In this document: piece by piece, positions 25,973 to 34,472 of the stretch
Layout of the letters: every line of letters starts with the position of its first letter
Numbering within the stretch: position 1 is the first letter of the stretch
Source of the DNA: a virus
Virus record (IMG/VR): IMGVR_UViG_3300033066_002009
Location: 72,961-108,546 of that record
Strand: one strand, 5' to 3'
DNA length: 35,586 bases
Translations under genes and position numbers: made by a program
Notes under the pieces: generated by a model
The model's input: the letters and a program-made list of their open reading frames with translations, nothing else
Told to the model about the DNA's origin: nothing
Database searches by the model: none

Positions 25973-28900
25973 TTATAGTTCGCTCTTCTTGTTAATGTCG
26001 ATCGGGTCGGAGAGGTTGATTTCTCCTCGGTGGTACGCCGCAAGAGCATGGCCCTGTGATTCAAAGCTCTTTGAAGCCATGGTGCCCGCAGGCTGTGTTG
26101 CACGGTGAAGCCCGATAACTGCTTCCATGTCGGGGGCCACGTTAAGTGGGTCTGACTTCTTCTCGCTAAAAATAAGCTTTGATAGCGTCATGTTCTTGAC
26201 GTCTTCAATGCCCTTGAGGGTTACAGGCGCGTGCACTTGAATTGCGTCACCATCGTAGTCCGCGTTCATCCCGCGCTCTGCGAACGGATTCAGGCGAATG
26301 GTCTTGCCCGACGTCAACTTGGGATACGCGCCAATTACTCCGAACCGATGTAGTGTAGGCGCGCGGTTAACGACGACCGGGCGCTCTTTCGTTTCGATCA
26401 GAAGCTCTTCTCGCGCCAAGGGGTTCTTTTCCTCGACCATGCGCTGTGCGTCAAGAGCAGGGTAGCCCTTCCGTACAAGACGCCCGATCAAGAACTTAGA
26501 GTACATCTTCCAGAGCATGTCCTCCGGGATTCCGATCTCATCCATGTCTAGTGTCGGGTCTGGGGCGATCGTTGCGCGCCCCGATACGTCCTGTTGCCGC
26601 ATCATAATTTTCGACTGGAAGAACCCGTTCTTTGGCCGAGTACCGTTAATCTGCATCAAGAAGCCTTGAGCGTTTCGCTTCTTCGCTTTGGGGCTCTGCG
26701 GCTCTTCCGTTCCAAACACGGACCCAACGGCCTTGTAGACGTGCATACGAATTGGTGCTAGCTCTGTGTTAGGCAGTCCAGCTTCGTCTAGTTCTTGAAG
26801 CTTCTTATTCGCCAAGAAGGCGTCTGTGTAGAGCAGATTCACGGGCTGTGTCAGTAGTCGCCCATCCTTCAGGGGCACAATCTGCCGCATGATAGGCGGG
26901 ATTACCGGAACCTTACTGAGGATGTACGCCTTATCAGGCGTTAACCCTTGGGACTTTAGCGCCGTCAGATACTTGATCTGCTTTACGGCACTGTCGAGGC
27001 TAGGGCCTTTCAACGTCTTACTCTGAGCCTTCAGCTCTTCGATTTTCTTGTCCATGTCGATTTTAGACAAGGCGTCTTTGAAATAAGCCCCTCCCTGCTG
27101 GGAATGGAAATCCTCGAATTGCCGCTGTGTTAGGCTCAATAGACGCCGAACAGGCTCCTCAAATACCGGGTTGACGATCGGCTCGTGAAGCTGCATGTGT
27201 GCCCACTTCGTCCCGGTCAAACCTCCGGTCAATACCGGGTCGAAGAGACCGCCCTTTTCAGGCATCAGGTTTTTAGCCTTGATGTGGTAGGCATTTTCTA
27301 CAGGACCAGATGACATCTTTTCAATGTCAGCGTCCGTCATCGGTCCCAGCGTCAACCGTTGACCGTCTTTGTTCACTTTGACGCCGGCACCTTCCAGCAT
27401 TGTCAGGAATTTGTCATACGCGAATGTCGTTTTAGGCGACGGCACCGGCAGCCCCAGCTGAATAGCTCGCCAGAATTCGTCGTTCTTTTGGCTCTTAATT
27501 GACGCGGCTTCCCGCAAAACGTTTCTCGCGTTGTGTGCGACAAGTGCATCAAACTCCATCTTACCGATGCCCTTCGCACCCTCGTCGCCGCCTCGGCTAG
27601 GTTGCTGGTTAATGTCGTATTTTTCGGGACCGTGCGCAGACCAGTTAGTGTAGGCGCTCTTGAACAGCTTAAGAATGTAAGAACGGCCCACGAATACACC
27701 GGGGATGCTTTTCCCCGTAATCGGGTCGTAGACTGTCTCCTTGTCCTTAAGGCCGTGTTCCTTGAGCAGCCCCTTTACCCATTTCACATTGTCGCGGTCT
27801 TCAAAATTATCGATGGCGATAGGCTTGCCGGTTTTTTCTGCAACCTTGCCCAGTGCCGCTTCGAGAACCTGCGCCGGGTTTACACGGCTAATGATGCCGG
27901 CAGAGGTGAAGAGCACGTCAATGGGATTGCCCTTTTCATCCTTCACCATCTGCGCGTCAGGTACGATTTTTGCGATTACTCCCTTGTTGCCGAAGCGTCC
28001 TGAGAGCTTGTCACCGACATTGATGGTTTCCCATGTCTTAACCGTTACGGAGATGACGTGAGGCGTCTTGACCACGTCAATTACTTCTCCAGGTGTTTCA
28101 TGGTGCCAGTCTTCAACCTCTTCCCTGTAAGGCGTCACAAGAGAGCGCGACAGCTTACCGAGCAACGCCGCGTCTCCGGTGATCTGGCCTTTCCGCGCAG
28201 CCACAATAACGGGGTCACCGGGCTCGATCTTTGTTCCCGGCTTAACAACGCCTTCGGAGTCCAGATTGTCATACTGACGAGCCTTGTAGCGCATTCCGAA
28301 GTACGTACGGTGAAGCTCTTTGTCGTTTAGGATGTCGTTATCCCGCCGCATATCAATACGATACATGTGCTCGGAAACGAGTTTATCTGCAGCACCTTGT
28401 GAAACGACAATTCCGTCGTTGGAGTTAAGCCCCCGATAGGCCATATATCCAACGGACATATTCTTGCCGAGGCACAGGGTATCGTTCTTGGTGAAGTTAG
28501 ACTCCGCCAGGGGTTGACCCGCTTTTACATCTTCACCCGCCCGCACCTTGATGGTGTTGTGCAGGTAGGTCTTCGCGGCGAGCGGGAAGTGGTCGTCATA
28601 GTGGAGCTTGATCAGCCCGCTATCCGCCGCTGCATATTTATCTACGTGATCGTTGTAGAACCACTCCCCGTCTCGATCGGAAGATGCCTTCGTGGCTTTC
28701 GGACGGATGTAAATCCAGTCATCGTCAATTCGCTCGATAGTCCCGTCCACTGGAGATGTAGGCACCACCTTTAGCGCCATTTCCTGCTCTACCGTGGTCC
28801 CCGGCCACCAGGACTTGACCTGTACGTGCGGGGGCTCCCGGTGAACCAGCGGCAGCGCCTGCGACTGGTGCTTGGAAGCCATGACGATGCGGTTACCCTG

Positions 28901-30445
28901 CATGCCGTTGAGGAACGGCAAGAGGTTCGTCGTTGGGCCGAAGAGATTGGCTACATGGGGAACCTGATAGTCAACTTCATGCGGGCCGACGTCTACGATC
29001 TCTCCGTCTTTCATCGCGTGAACAACAGGGAGGCCCGGGGCGCCATTTCCGACCTTTTCCGTCGGAAAAGCCACTACTTTTTCAGCGACCTCGTTTGGCC
29101 GCAAGTATTCAATTTCACCGGTCTTCACGTTTCGAAGAGGGGTGTATAGATTTCCCTTATCGTCTCGCCGGGTTGCCAATGCAGTTCGAATATCGATGCC
29201 CGTCTTGAAGCTCTCTGGCGTTCTTGACGGATCCATGATTGCGAAGTGCGTAGGGTGCAGCTGCCGCGCTTCCATTGGAACGGCACGCTCACTTGAAATA
29301 CCGCCCTCACCCATGGGAGTGACCTTGCACATCTGGTCCATCAATTCCATGGGGTTGATCTGCTCGGGCTTCTGAGCACGCTTTGAAGTAGACAGGAACG
29401 TGATTACTCCGCGCGTAAACGGCGAGGCTGGTACTGCCTTTCTCATGTCACCACGAGACGCCTCCAGCTTAATGCCGATCTTCGTCTTCAGGGCCTTGGC
29501 ATCGAGGCCAATACGCTCTTTGATAGAGTCGTCTACACCGTGGAAGGTCTTGAACTCGAGGCTATCTCTATCGTCAGTGTCGATGGCATTACGGTGAACA
29601 TCTAGCAATTTCTTGGCCGCGATCAATAAAGCCATCGGTGTAACGTGGTCAAACGCCTGCCCCAACGTGCGCTTCGTGACGTCGGGGTCCATCCGCGTCA
29701 TTTCATAGTAACGATGAAGCTGCCGAACGCGTTCTTCGTGAGTAGCAGCAGGGGCTGCACCTGCCGGCTGAATCCAGTAACCCAGCTTGTCGTACAGTTT
29801 TTGTACGTGGCGCTCCGTATTTTTTTCCGTTGCTACCTTATTTACGTCAGCCACCTGGCTACCCCACTGAGTAGAAATGTCTTGGTGGGGGACGCCAAGC
29901 GCCCGCAACACAGGGTACAACGGGATCTTTGTAGTCTTGTGTTCCAGCCGCAGCACGCCCTCTTCCGGATCCATTGCAATTCGGAAGTTGTCACCGCGCG
30001 CCAGGTTGAACGCCGCTTCTAGATCTTCATTGCCGCGCTTTCGTGTGTAGACGCCCGGCTTTGTACGAATCTGATTTGCGATGTTGTATTCGTTGCCGTC
30101 AATGATGAACGTATGCCGCGGTGTAAAGTACGGCAGGTGCATCAAGGTAAAGTTCTTTGCCTGCGATACAACAGCGCCCTGTGTGTCCTTTACGAGGATG
30201 TCTCCGACCACACGTTCGTGGAGCGTCCGAGCTTCAAGGATTGCGCGCTTTTGGTCGCGGGACGAAAACGACTCCTCCTGGACGCGCGGGTTCGTCAATT
30301 CCACCGTGAAGTTTCTCGACTTCATAGGGAAAGCAGCTTGTACGCCCTCTAGGGCCTTGCGTCGGATGTGCGCTCGGTGGTCTGTGGCGTCCATAAGGAC
30401 TGGTCGGATGCCGGCGGACTCCGCGTCACGTTCTGAAATTGGCAT
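25973..30445 (-). CDS. Fused RNA polymerase subunit (1490 aa): a beta-like N-terminal ~950 aa joined to the N-terminal ~540 aa of beta'
   Basis: Beta-like motifs are FIIDGNEYNIANQIRTKPGVY and GRFGNKGVIAKIVPD...NPAQVLEAALGK. Beta'-N motifs are AHMQLHEPIVNPVF, VPVIPPIMRQIVPLKDGR, GRATIAPDP, NRAPTLHRFGV and NADYDGDAIQVHAPV. The beta' N-terminal zinc-finger cysteines are not visible. Confidence 0.9.
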   Translation of the reverse strand: MPISERDAESAGIRPVLMDATDHRAHIRRKALEGVQAAFPMKSRNFTVELTNPRVQEESFSSRDQKRAILEARTLHERVVGDILVKDTQGAVVSQAKNFTLMHLPYFTPRHTFIIDGNEYNIANQIRTKPGVYTRKRGNEDLEAAFNLARGDNFRIAMDPEEGVLRLEHKTTKIPLYPVLRALGVPHQDISTQWGSQVADVNKVATEKNTERHVQKLYDKLGYWIQPAGAAPAATHEERVRQLHRYYEMTRMDPDVTKRTLGQAFDHVTPMALLIAAKKLLDVHRNAIDTDDRDSLEFKTFHGVDDSIKERIGLDAKALKTKIGIKLEASRGDMRKAVPASPFTRGVITFLSTSKRAQKPEQINPMELMDQMCKVTPMGEGGISSERAVPMEARQLHPTHFAIMDPSRTPESFKTGIDIRTALATRRDDKGNLYTPLRNVKTGEIEYLRPNEVAEKVVAFPTEKVGNGAPGLPVVHAMKDGEIVDVGPHEVDYQVPHVANLFGPTTNLLPFLNGMQGNRIVMASKHQSQALPLVHREPPHVQVKSWWPGTTVEQEMALKVVPTSPVDGTIERIDDDWIYIRPKATKASSDRDGEWFYNDHVDKYAAADSGLIKLHYDDHFPLAAKTYLHNTIKVRAGEDVKAGQPLAESNFTKNDTLCLGKNMSVGYMAYRGLNSNDGIVVSQGAADKLVSEHMYRIDMRRDNDILNDKELHRTYFGMRYKARQYDNLDSEGVVKPGTKIEPGDPVIVAARKGQITGDAALLGKLSRSLVTPYREEVEDWHHETPGEVIDVVKTPHVISVTVKTWETINVGDKLSGRFGNKGVIAKIVPDAQMVKDEKGNPIDVLFTSAGIISRVNPAQVLEAALGKVAEKTGKPIAIDNFEDRDNVKWVKGLLKEHGLKDKETVYDPITGKSIPGVFVGRSYILKLFKSAYTNWSAHGPEKYDINQQPSRGGDEGAKGIGKMEFDALVAHNARNVLREAASIKSQKNDEFWRAIQLGLPVPSPKTTFAYDKFLTMLEGAGVKVNKDGQRLTLGPMTDADIEKMSSGPVENAYHIKAKNLMPEKGGLFDPVLTGGLTGTKWAHMQLHEPIVNPVFEEPVRRLLSLTQRQFEDFHSQQGGAYFKDALSKIDMDKKIEELKAQSKTLKGPSLDSAVKQIKYLTALKSQGLTPDKAYILSKVPVIPPIMRQIVPLKDGRLLTQPVNLLYTDAFLANKKLQELDEAGLPNTELAPIRMHVYKAVGSVFGTEEPQSPKAKKRNAQGFLMQINGTRPKNGFFQSKIMMRQQDVSGRATIAPDPTLDMDEIGIPEDMLWKMYSKFLIGRLVRKGYPALDAQRMVEEKNPLAREELLIETKERPVVVNRAPTLHRFGVIGAYPKLTSGKTIRLNPFAERGMNADYDGDAIQVHAPVTLKGIEDVKNMTLSKLIFSEKKSDPLNVAPDMEAVIGLHRATQPAGTMASKSFESQGHALAAYHRGEINLSDPIDINKKSEL

Positions 30446-30465
30446 GCGTAAGTAATAACACGTAG

Positions 30466-30480
30466 TTGGTAAAAGAGAAT
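30466..30480 (+). promoter_or_regulatory. Promoter-like motif copy A: TTGGTAAAAGAGAAT
   Basis: One of four plus-strand copies of GGTAAAAGA, all intergenic. It lies 21 nt from the divergent RNAP start codon. Confidence 0.45.
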
Positions 30481-30885
30481 GGAGTCGTCGCTGTCGTGCA
30501 CGCTACACCTGTCTTTCACTCGAGGTAAACCCTCGAGGGACGTGGTGGCGGCCGGCGGGGAACAGGAGGTGCGCCTTAGGAAGGTTTGACGGTGCGCCGC
30601 CACTCCTGGGATTGCTGATCCCAGGAGGGCGGTGAGCGGAATGAATCTCGGCCCCTTCCGCGGCCTGTAGTCCACCGTCAGGAGGGGCGTTAAGACGGAC
30701 CGAGAGCGCCCATGAAAACTGAACGCGAACAACAGGCCCCTCAGGGAGGGGTCAAGAGGGCACCGCGAAGATGGTGCCCAGGGCCAACAGCGCCCTCGCC
30801 TTGTGCAGCACAGGGGTCCATCCCAAAACACCCAAGCGGCCCCCTAGAGGGCTCAGACCCACGGCTAGGTCAGGGCCGCTTTTTT
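30481..30885 (+). ncRNA. Candidate structured non-coding RNA of about 400 nt, class unknown
   Basis: Bracketed by motif A and an intrinsic terminator. Perfect hairpins include CTCGAGG/CCTCGAG, CTCCTGGGA/TCCCAGGAG and GGGCACC/GGTGCCC. Stops occur in all frames, and the only 59-codon ORF has poor codon usage and no properly spaced SD. Confidence 0.4.
30835..30885 (+). terminator. Rho-independent terminator on the plus strand
   Basis: AGCGGCCC and GGGCCGCT form an 8-bp stem with an inner CCTAG/CTAGG pairing, followed by TTTTTT. Confidence 0.6.
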
Positions 30886-30898
30886 GGGTAAAAGAGGG
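30884..30898 (+). promoter_or_regulatory. Promoter-like motif copy B: TTGGGTAAAAGAGGG
   Basis: Lies immediately after the terminator and 24 nt before the SD/ATG of a small TM-protein gene. Confidence 0.45.
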
Positions 30899-30918
30899 AA
30901 ACTACATGGAGGCCACCC

Positions 30919-31074
30919 ATGCGCGTGCAGCTCTGGAAGAAGAAACCACAGCACCCGGCTGTTTCGCTGATCACGAGCTTCCTGCTGCTGGCAGCGGTGC
31001 TCGTGATCGCGAAAGAAGTGGGGGAGACCCTTCGACATGCGCTTGATGTCTGGTCCGAAGAGGAGCAGCAGTGA
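30919..31074 (+). CDS. Small single-pass membrane protein (51 aa)
   Basis: Found by hand translation: MRVQLWKKKPQHPAVSLITSFLLLAAVLVIAKEVGETLRHALDVWSEEEQQ. SD GGAGG lies 6 nt upstream. GTGA overlap with the next gene. Its frame and start differ from the track ORF 30771-31046. Confidence 0.5.
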   Translation: MRVQLWKKKPQHPAVSLITSFLLLAAVLVIAKEVGETLRHALDVWSEEEQQ

Positions 31075-31385
31075 TCTCCGCGGCCTCCAAGGAGATCCTC
31101 CTCAACGGAGCGGTATCGGGCGCCCTGGCCGTGCTCACAAGCAGGCCGGGGGACGGCCGGAAGGGCTACAAGAAAGGGCGCGCAACGGGAGTAATTATGG
31201 GGGTCGCAGGAACCCTGGTTCTCTTCGGCGTGCTGCGGTACGTCGCCCTCAACACCCAGATCGGACAGAAGGTTGTTCGCGCGGTTCAGCGGGAGCGGGA
31301 GATATACCGCGAGTTTCGCGCCGAATGGCTCCGGGAAGCACGTCTCCGTGAGGTTCTTCTCCAGGAGGAGACCGAGGCGGCGTGA
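31071..31385 (+). CDS. Small membrane protein with two predicted TM helices and a charged C-terminus (104 aa)
   Basis: GTG start with SD GAGGAG. Hydrophobic segments are LLNGAVSGALAVLTS and GVIMGVAGTLVLFGVLRYVAL. GC3 is very high. Confidence 0.6.
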   Translation: MISAASKEILLNGAVSGALAVLTSRPGDGRKGYKKGRATGVIMGVAGTLVLFGVLRYVALNTQIGQKVVRAVQREREIYREFRAEWLREARLREVLLQEETEAA

Positions 31386-31406
31386 CCCGCCGTTCACCTG
31401 CTAGAG

Positions 31407-31441
31407 GCACTCCGCGGTGGGGAGGGGGAGTGCTTCTTTTT
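31407..31441. terminator. Intrinsic terminator between convergent genes
   Basis: GCACTCC, a 12-nt loop, GGAGTGC, then TTCTTTTTA. The T-tract is on the plus strand. Confidence 0.6.
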
Positions 31442-31865
31442 AGCGTCGACGTCCCCTTGGTGGGGCATCTGCATCGCGCTCTTCTTCTGCCAGCCGGGCT
31501 TCTCGTTCAGGATTTCTACGCCGGGTCAGCCATGTTAGGAGGATTCGATACTCTCCCGTGAGGGGTGTGAAGCTCCTTTCTTCCGCCCGAGGCAGCGCGT
31601 CTCCTCGAAGGCACTGGTCCTGAACAGCGTTGTAAGCCTCTTCATCACCCGGCAAGGTGAACACCTGACAGTGGTGTGAATAGTCCCATTCAACAGGTGT
31701 TGCCTTGCCTTCGACGTCCATGTCTACAAGACGGTGATTCCCGAGTGGCGGTTGGCCCCCTGTGCCAAAGGCGCTTCCAGCGTCGGCTCCTCGCGCGCCG
31801 CTGAAAAGATTTGGCATGCTGTTGACCTTCTCGAGCAGCTCAGTGAAGGATTCGTCCTTTGCCAT
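31440..31865 (-). CDS. Hypothetical protein (141 aa)
   Basis: AAGGA SD upstream of the ATG. Ordinary codon usage. Confidence 0.5.
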   Translation of the reverse strand: MAKDESFTELLEKVNSMPNLFSGARGADAGSAFGTGGQPPLGNHRLVDMDVEGKATPVEWDYSHHCQVFTLPGDEEAYNAVQDQCLRGDALPRAEERSFTPLTGEYRILLTWLTRRRNPEREARLAEEERDADAPPRGRRR

Positions 31866-31884
31866 CTTTATGAGTCCTTATCCA

Positions 31885-33684
31885 TTACATCGGGCCCGCA
31901 GCCGCAGGTGCTGCACCAGCTTCCCCGCCACCGCCAGTAGGGTCACCACTCATTTCACTTCGCCCCGCTGTCAGAGCCGCGTGGTTTTGTTGCGTCTGCA
32001 TATCCTTCATTCGATCAACAACAACGGCATACATTACCTTGTCCTCGACTTCAAGAGCGTGCAGCTGCGATTGCCTTGACCCGGGATCGAGGCCCATCAT
32101 TTGCTGAACGATGCCATCGGCTTGACCGATAACGGCTTGCTGGTCGTATTGAAGGGTGTTCTGTCCCATGGCCGCTTGCGCTTGTACGCGTTGTGCAAGC
32201 GTGTTCTGCAATTTAGCAGTTTCCACCTGAAGCTCTTGCTGGAAACGAACTTCATCGAGAGCCTCTTGCTTACGCTTCTCCCGCTCTTCCTGCAAATCAA
32301 TATCAAAGGTATCGGCGATTGTGGTGTTTGAAACAAACGGTCCGGTCGGGCTTGTCTGATTAAGCTGCAGCAACAAGGTCTTCTGCTGAACGTCGTCGAT
32401 GAACTTGAACGGCGCCAAGTCGACTTCGACCTCACCCCATCCCAGCAGTCGGCCAACTTTGTCAGTAATCCACTGAAGCATTTCCACAAGTTCGCTCGTG
32501 TGGGGCAGAAGCTGGTTCTCAAGGATACGCAATGTGATGGCGGACCCGGTGAAAGACAGCCCGCCATAGAGGAACTCCTTAGGAATTCCCAGAGCCGCAA
32601 TGATATTGTCCTCGGCCATCTGGATTTCCTGCTGCACCATCAGGGCCCGAGCTTGACCGCCGAGATGCGTAACCTCTGTGGGGATTGGAGACCACATCAT
32701 GTGCAACGGGTCTCGACGCCACTTCTTGACGTTCTGCTTCATTTCGCTAGCCCAGCGCTCTAGCGAAATGGAGATGACAGGATCACCGTTAGGGTTCCCC
32801 TGCTTCGGTGAGATAATTCGGAATGGCACGACATAGTCAAGGCCAATAGCCTCGTTGGCCTTACGCAACACAGCAACATAGAAGAAGAGCTTAATTGTAG
32901 AGGCGAGTGGCGGGAATCCCCACTGCGCTTCGATGCCGGCGGGAGCATCCATCTTCAGGTGGAAGATCTGGCCCTCGGCAAACTCGAAGGTCTTGTCGTC
33001 CTTGATGGTCTTTAGAAACTCAACAGGAAGGGTGTTAATGAGGTGCTTGTTGCCCTTATTGATGCGTTCCTTCATTTCCTTCGGAACGGTGTAGTAGTAA
33101 ATGCTGTGTCCCGTCACCGGATTGTAATCAATATCCATCAGCTTCGGATCCCATCGGATAATGGCGACCTTGTCAGGGCGAACCAGGGGACGGTCAATAA
33201 TGTCCGCATCCGTGCTGATTGTTTCCCGTGTACAGGCTGGACACCGATACCGGAATTCCATCTTTTTCAACTTGAACTTGTAATCAAGTGTCGCAATGTT
33301 GGCGAGGCTCTTGCAATCACCGCATCGCAGGAATCGCACGAACGGTGAATAGATGGAATAGAAGCCGTTTCCGTATACAAACTTGTCGATAGCTGCGCGA
33401 ATAAGATGGCGCTTCGTTTTCAGGCGTTTGTCGTGAAGAGTCTTGTAGCGGTCCTTCAGCGCCTCATTAGTCGTTGTGTAGACGATGTTGGTCACTGGGT
33501 AGATCGCAAACTTCTGCAACGCCGCGTAAATCTGTGACGAGTTGAAGTACAGGTACTCGCACAAACGGAATAGGTCTTTAAGCTTTCTCGGCGCGAACGC
33601 AGTTAGAAAGTCAAAAAGGGGAGAGCCGTGAGATGTTGAGTTGCGACCCATAAGGTCGCCAAGTTCAGGATCGAATTCAGACAT
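31885..33684 (-). CDS. Large protein with a CxxC-x25-CxxC zinc ribbon and a Q/A-rich coiled-coil tail (599 aa). A portal-like role is possible but unproven.
   Basis: Contains RCGDCKS...YRCPACTRE. No Walker A motif, so it is not a large terminase. It is an isolated leftward unit among rightward early genes. Confidence 0.55.
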   Translation of the reverse strand: MSEFDPELGDLMGRNSTSHGSPLFDFLTAFAPRKLKDLFRLCEYLYFNSSQIYAALQKFAIYPVTNIVYTTTNEALKDRYKTLHDKRLKTKRHLIRAAIDKFVYGNGFYSIYSPFVRFLRCGDCKSLANIATLDYKFKLKKMEFRYRCPACTRETISTDADIIDRPLVRPDKVAIIRWDPKLMDIDYNPVTGHSIYYYTVPKEMKERINKGNKHLINTLPVEFLKTIKDDKTFEFAEGQIFHLKMDAPAGIEAQWGFPPLASTIKLFFYVAVLRKANEAIGLDYVVPFRIISPKQGNPNGDPVISISLERWASEMKQNVKKWRRDPLHMMWSPIPTEVTHLGGQARALMVQQEIQMAEDNIIAALGIPKEFLYGGLSFTGSAITLRILENQLLPHTSELVEMLQWITDKVGRLLGWGEVEVDLAPFKFIDDVQQKTLLLQLNQTSPTGPFVSNTTIADTFDIDLQEEREKRKQEALDEVRFQQELQVETAKLQNTLAQRVQAQAAMGQNTLQYDQQAVIGQADGIVQQMMGLDPGSRQSQLHALEVEDKVMYAVVVDRMKDMQTQQNHAALTAGRSEMSGDPTGGGGEAGAAPAAAGPM

Positions 33685-33711
33685 GCGGCGACGTTAGCAT
33701 AGTCTTTAAGC

Positions 33712-33727
33712 TTTGGTAAAAGAGAAT
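33712..33727 (+). promoter_or_regulatory. Promoter-like motif copy C: TTTGGTAAAAGAGAAT
   Basis: Lies 28 nt upstream of the ATG of a rightward gene with SD AGGAGGG. Confidence 0.5.
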
Positions 33728-33752
33728 AGACAGCCGTGTAGGAGGGCAATTG

Positions 33753-34085
33753 ATGGTTGAAGTCGCGTTACGTGAAGCTGCTGAGGCTCTCGCTGATGCG
33801 AGGCAACCTGAAGTGCTGCGGCGCGTGTTGGGCTTTACGGGCTGGCACCCGAGGAGGGTGCGGTTCATAGACCACCACGATGGTTGCGATATACGCCGCG
33901 TACTCGCAACCTATACTCGGCTCTCCGTGGAGTACAAGCGCCGAACGAAAGGCAACCGCTCACGGGAATGGCTTCGGCGCGTTTACGAGCCGTACACCAC
34001 GTGTCAACTCGGCGAAGTATTGCAGAAGTTCCGAGAGGGGCTGGAAACCACCCGCTGTACCTGCACGATCAACCAGGAGGAGTGA
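33753..34085 (+). CDS. Small basic protein, possibly a DNA-binding/regulatory protein (110 aa)
   Basis: SD AGGAGGG. R/K-rich, with HPRRVRFIDHHDGCD...CTCTIN. Confidence 0.65.
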   Translation: MVEVALREAAEALADARQPEVLRRVLGFTGWHPRRVRFIDHHDGCDIRRVLATYTRLSVEYKRRTKGNRSREWLRRVYEPYTTCQLGEVLQKFREGLETTRCTCTINQEE

Positions 34086-34462
34086 TGTCCACGGATATTG
34101 CGAAGGAAGTTGCAGAGATGCTCGCTGCGCGGAGCGGTGAGGTCAAGAGGCGCGTCATCGAAAGCCTCGCCGAGGAGGAGCTGTCCTTCCGTGTGAAGCT
34201 CGTGCGTACGGGTCTCGACAAGCTGAGGGAGCTGAAGAGGGCCCTCGACAAGATCCGGCCCGACAACGTGAGCTACAACGGCGATGGGACACTCCACAAC
34301 GAGCTGTGGAGCAAGCCCAAGCTCGAGGAGAAGAAGAAGGCCACCGAGTCCTACGGCAAGCTCGACGCGGCGCTCGCCAAGGCGCTCGACGACAAGCCCG
34401 ACTACGAGCCGCTCAAGAAGCTGATCGGCAACGCCGGCAAGGAAGAGCCGCAGGCGGAATAG
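34084..34462 (+). CDS. Small helical charged protein, function unknown (126 aa)
   Basis: SD AGGAGGAG with a TGATG overlap. From codon ~15 onward, nearly every codon ends in G/C, unlike its neighbours. Confidence 0.65.
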
Positions 34463-34472
34463 CCCCGGATTC

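Noticed and set aside
27533-28003. 156-aa plus-strand ORF, and other antisense ORFs inside the RNAP gene (27741-28061, 28826-29149, 29645-30022, 30081-30455)
   Set aside because: They lie entirely inside, and antisense to, a gene with unmistakable RNAP motifs. GC-rich DNA routinely gives long spurious antisense frames.
30706-30885. 59-codon plus-strand ORF (MKTEREQQAPQGG...) inside the candidate ncRNA
   Set aside because: It has rare codons (CGA, AGA, CTA, CCA), a Pro/Gly-rich nonsense-like product, no SD at working distance, and it runs through the terminator hairpin.
30481-30885. Assignment of the structured region to a known RNA class (tmRNA, RNase P, SRP/4.5S, 6S, tRNA)
   Set aside because: I could not find the diagnostic conserved elements. 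The tRNA T-loop GTTCRANYC and the tmRNA terminal CCA acceptor context are absent. The RNase P P4 sequence is absent. Only a partial GGUCAGG match to SRP appears. So the region is left unclassified.
30349-31397. Minus-strand ORFs 30349-30831 (160 aa) and 30870-31397 (175 aa)
   Set aside because: The first overlaps the RNAP start codon and the hairpin-rich region. The second is antisense to a plus-strand gene that has an SD, TM helices and coherent codon usage, and it spans a terminator.
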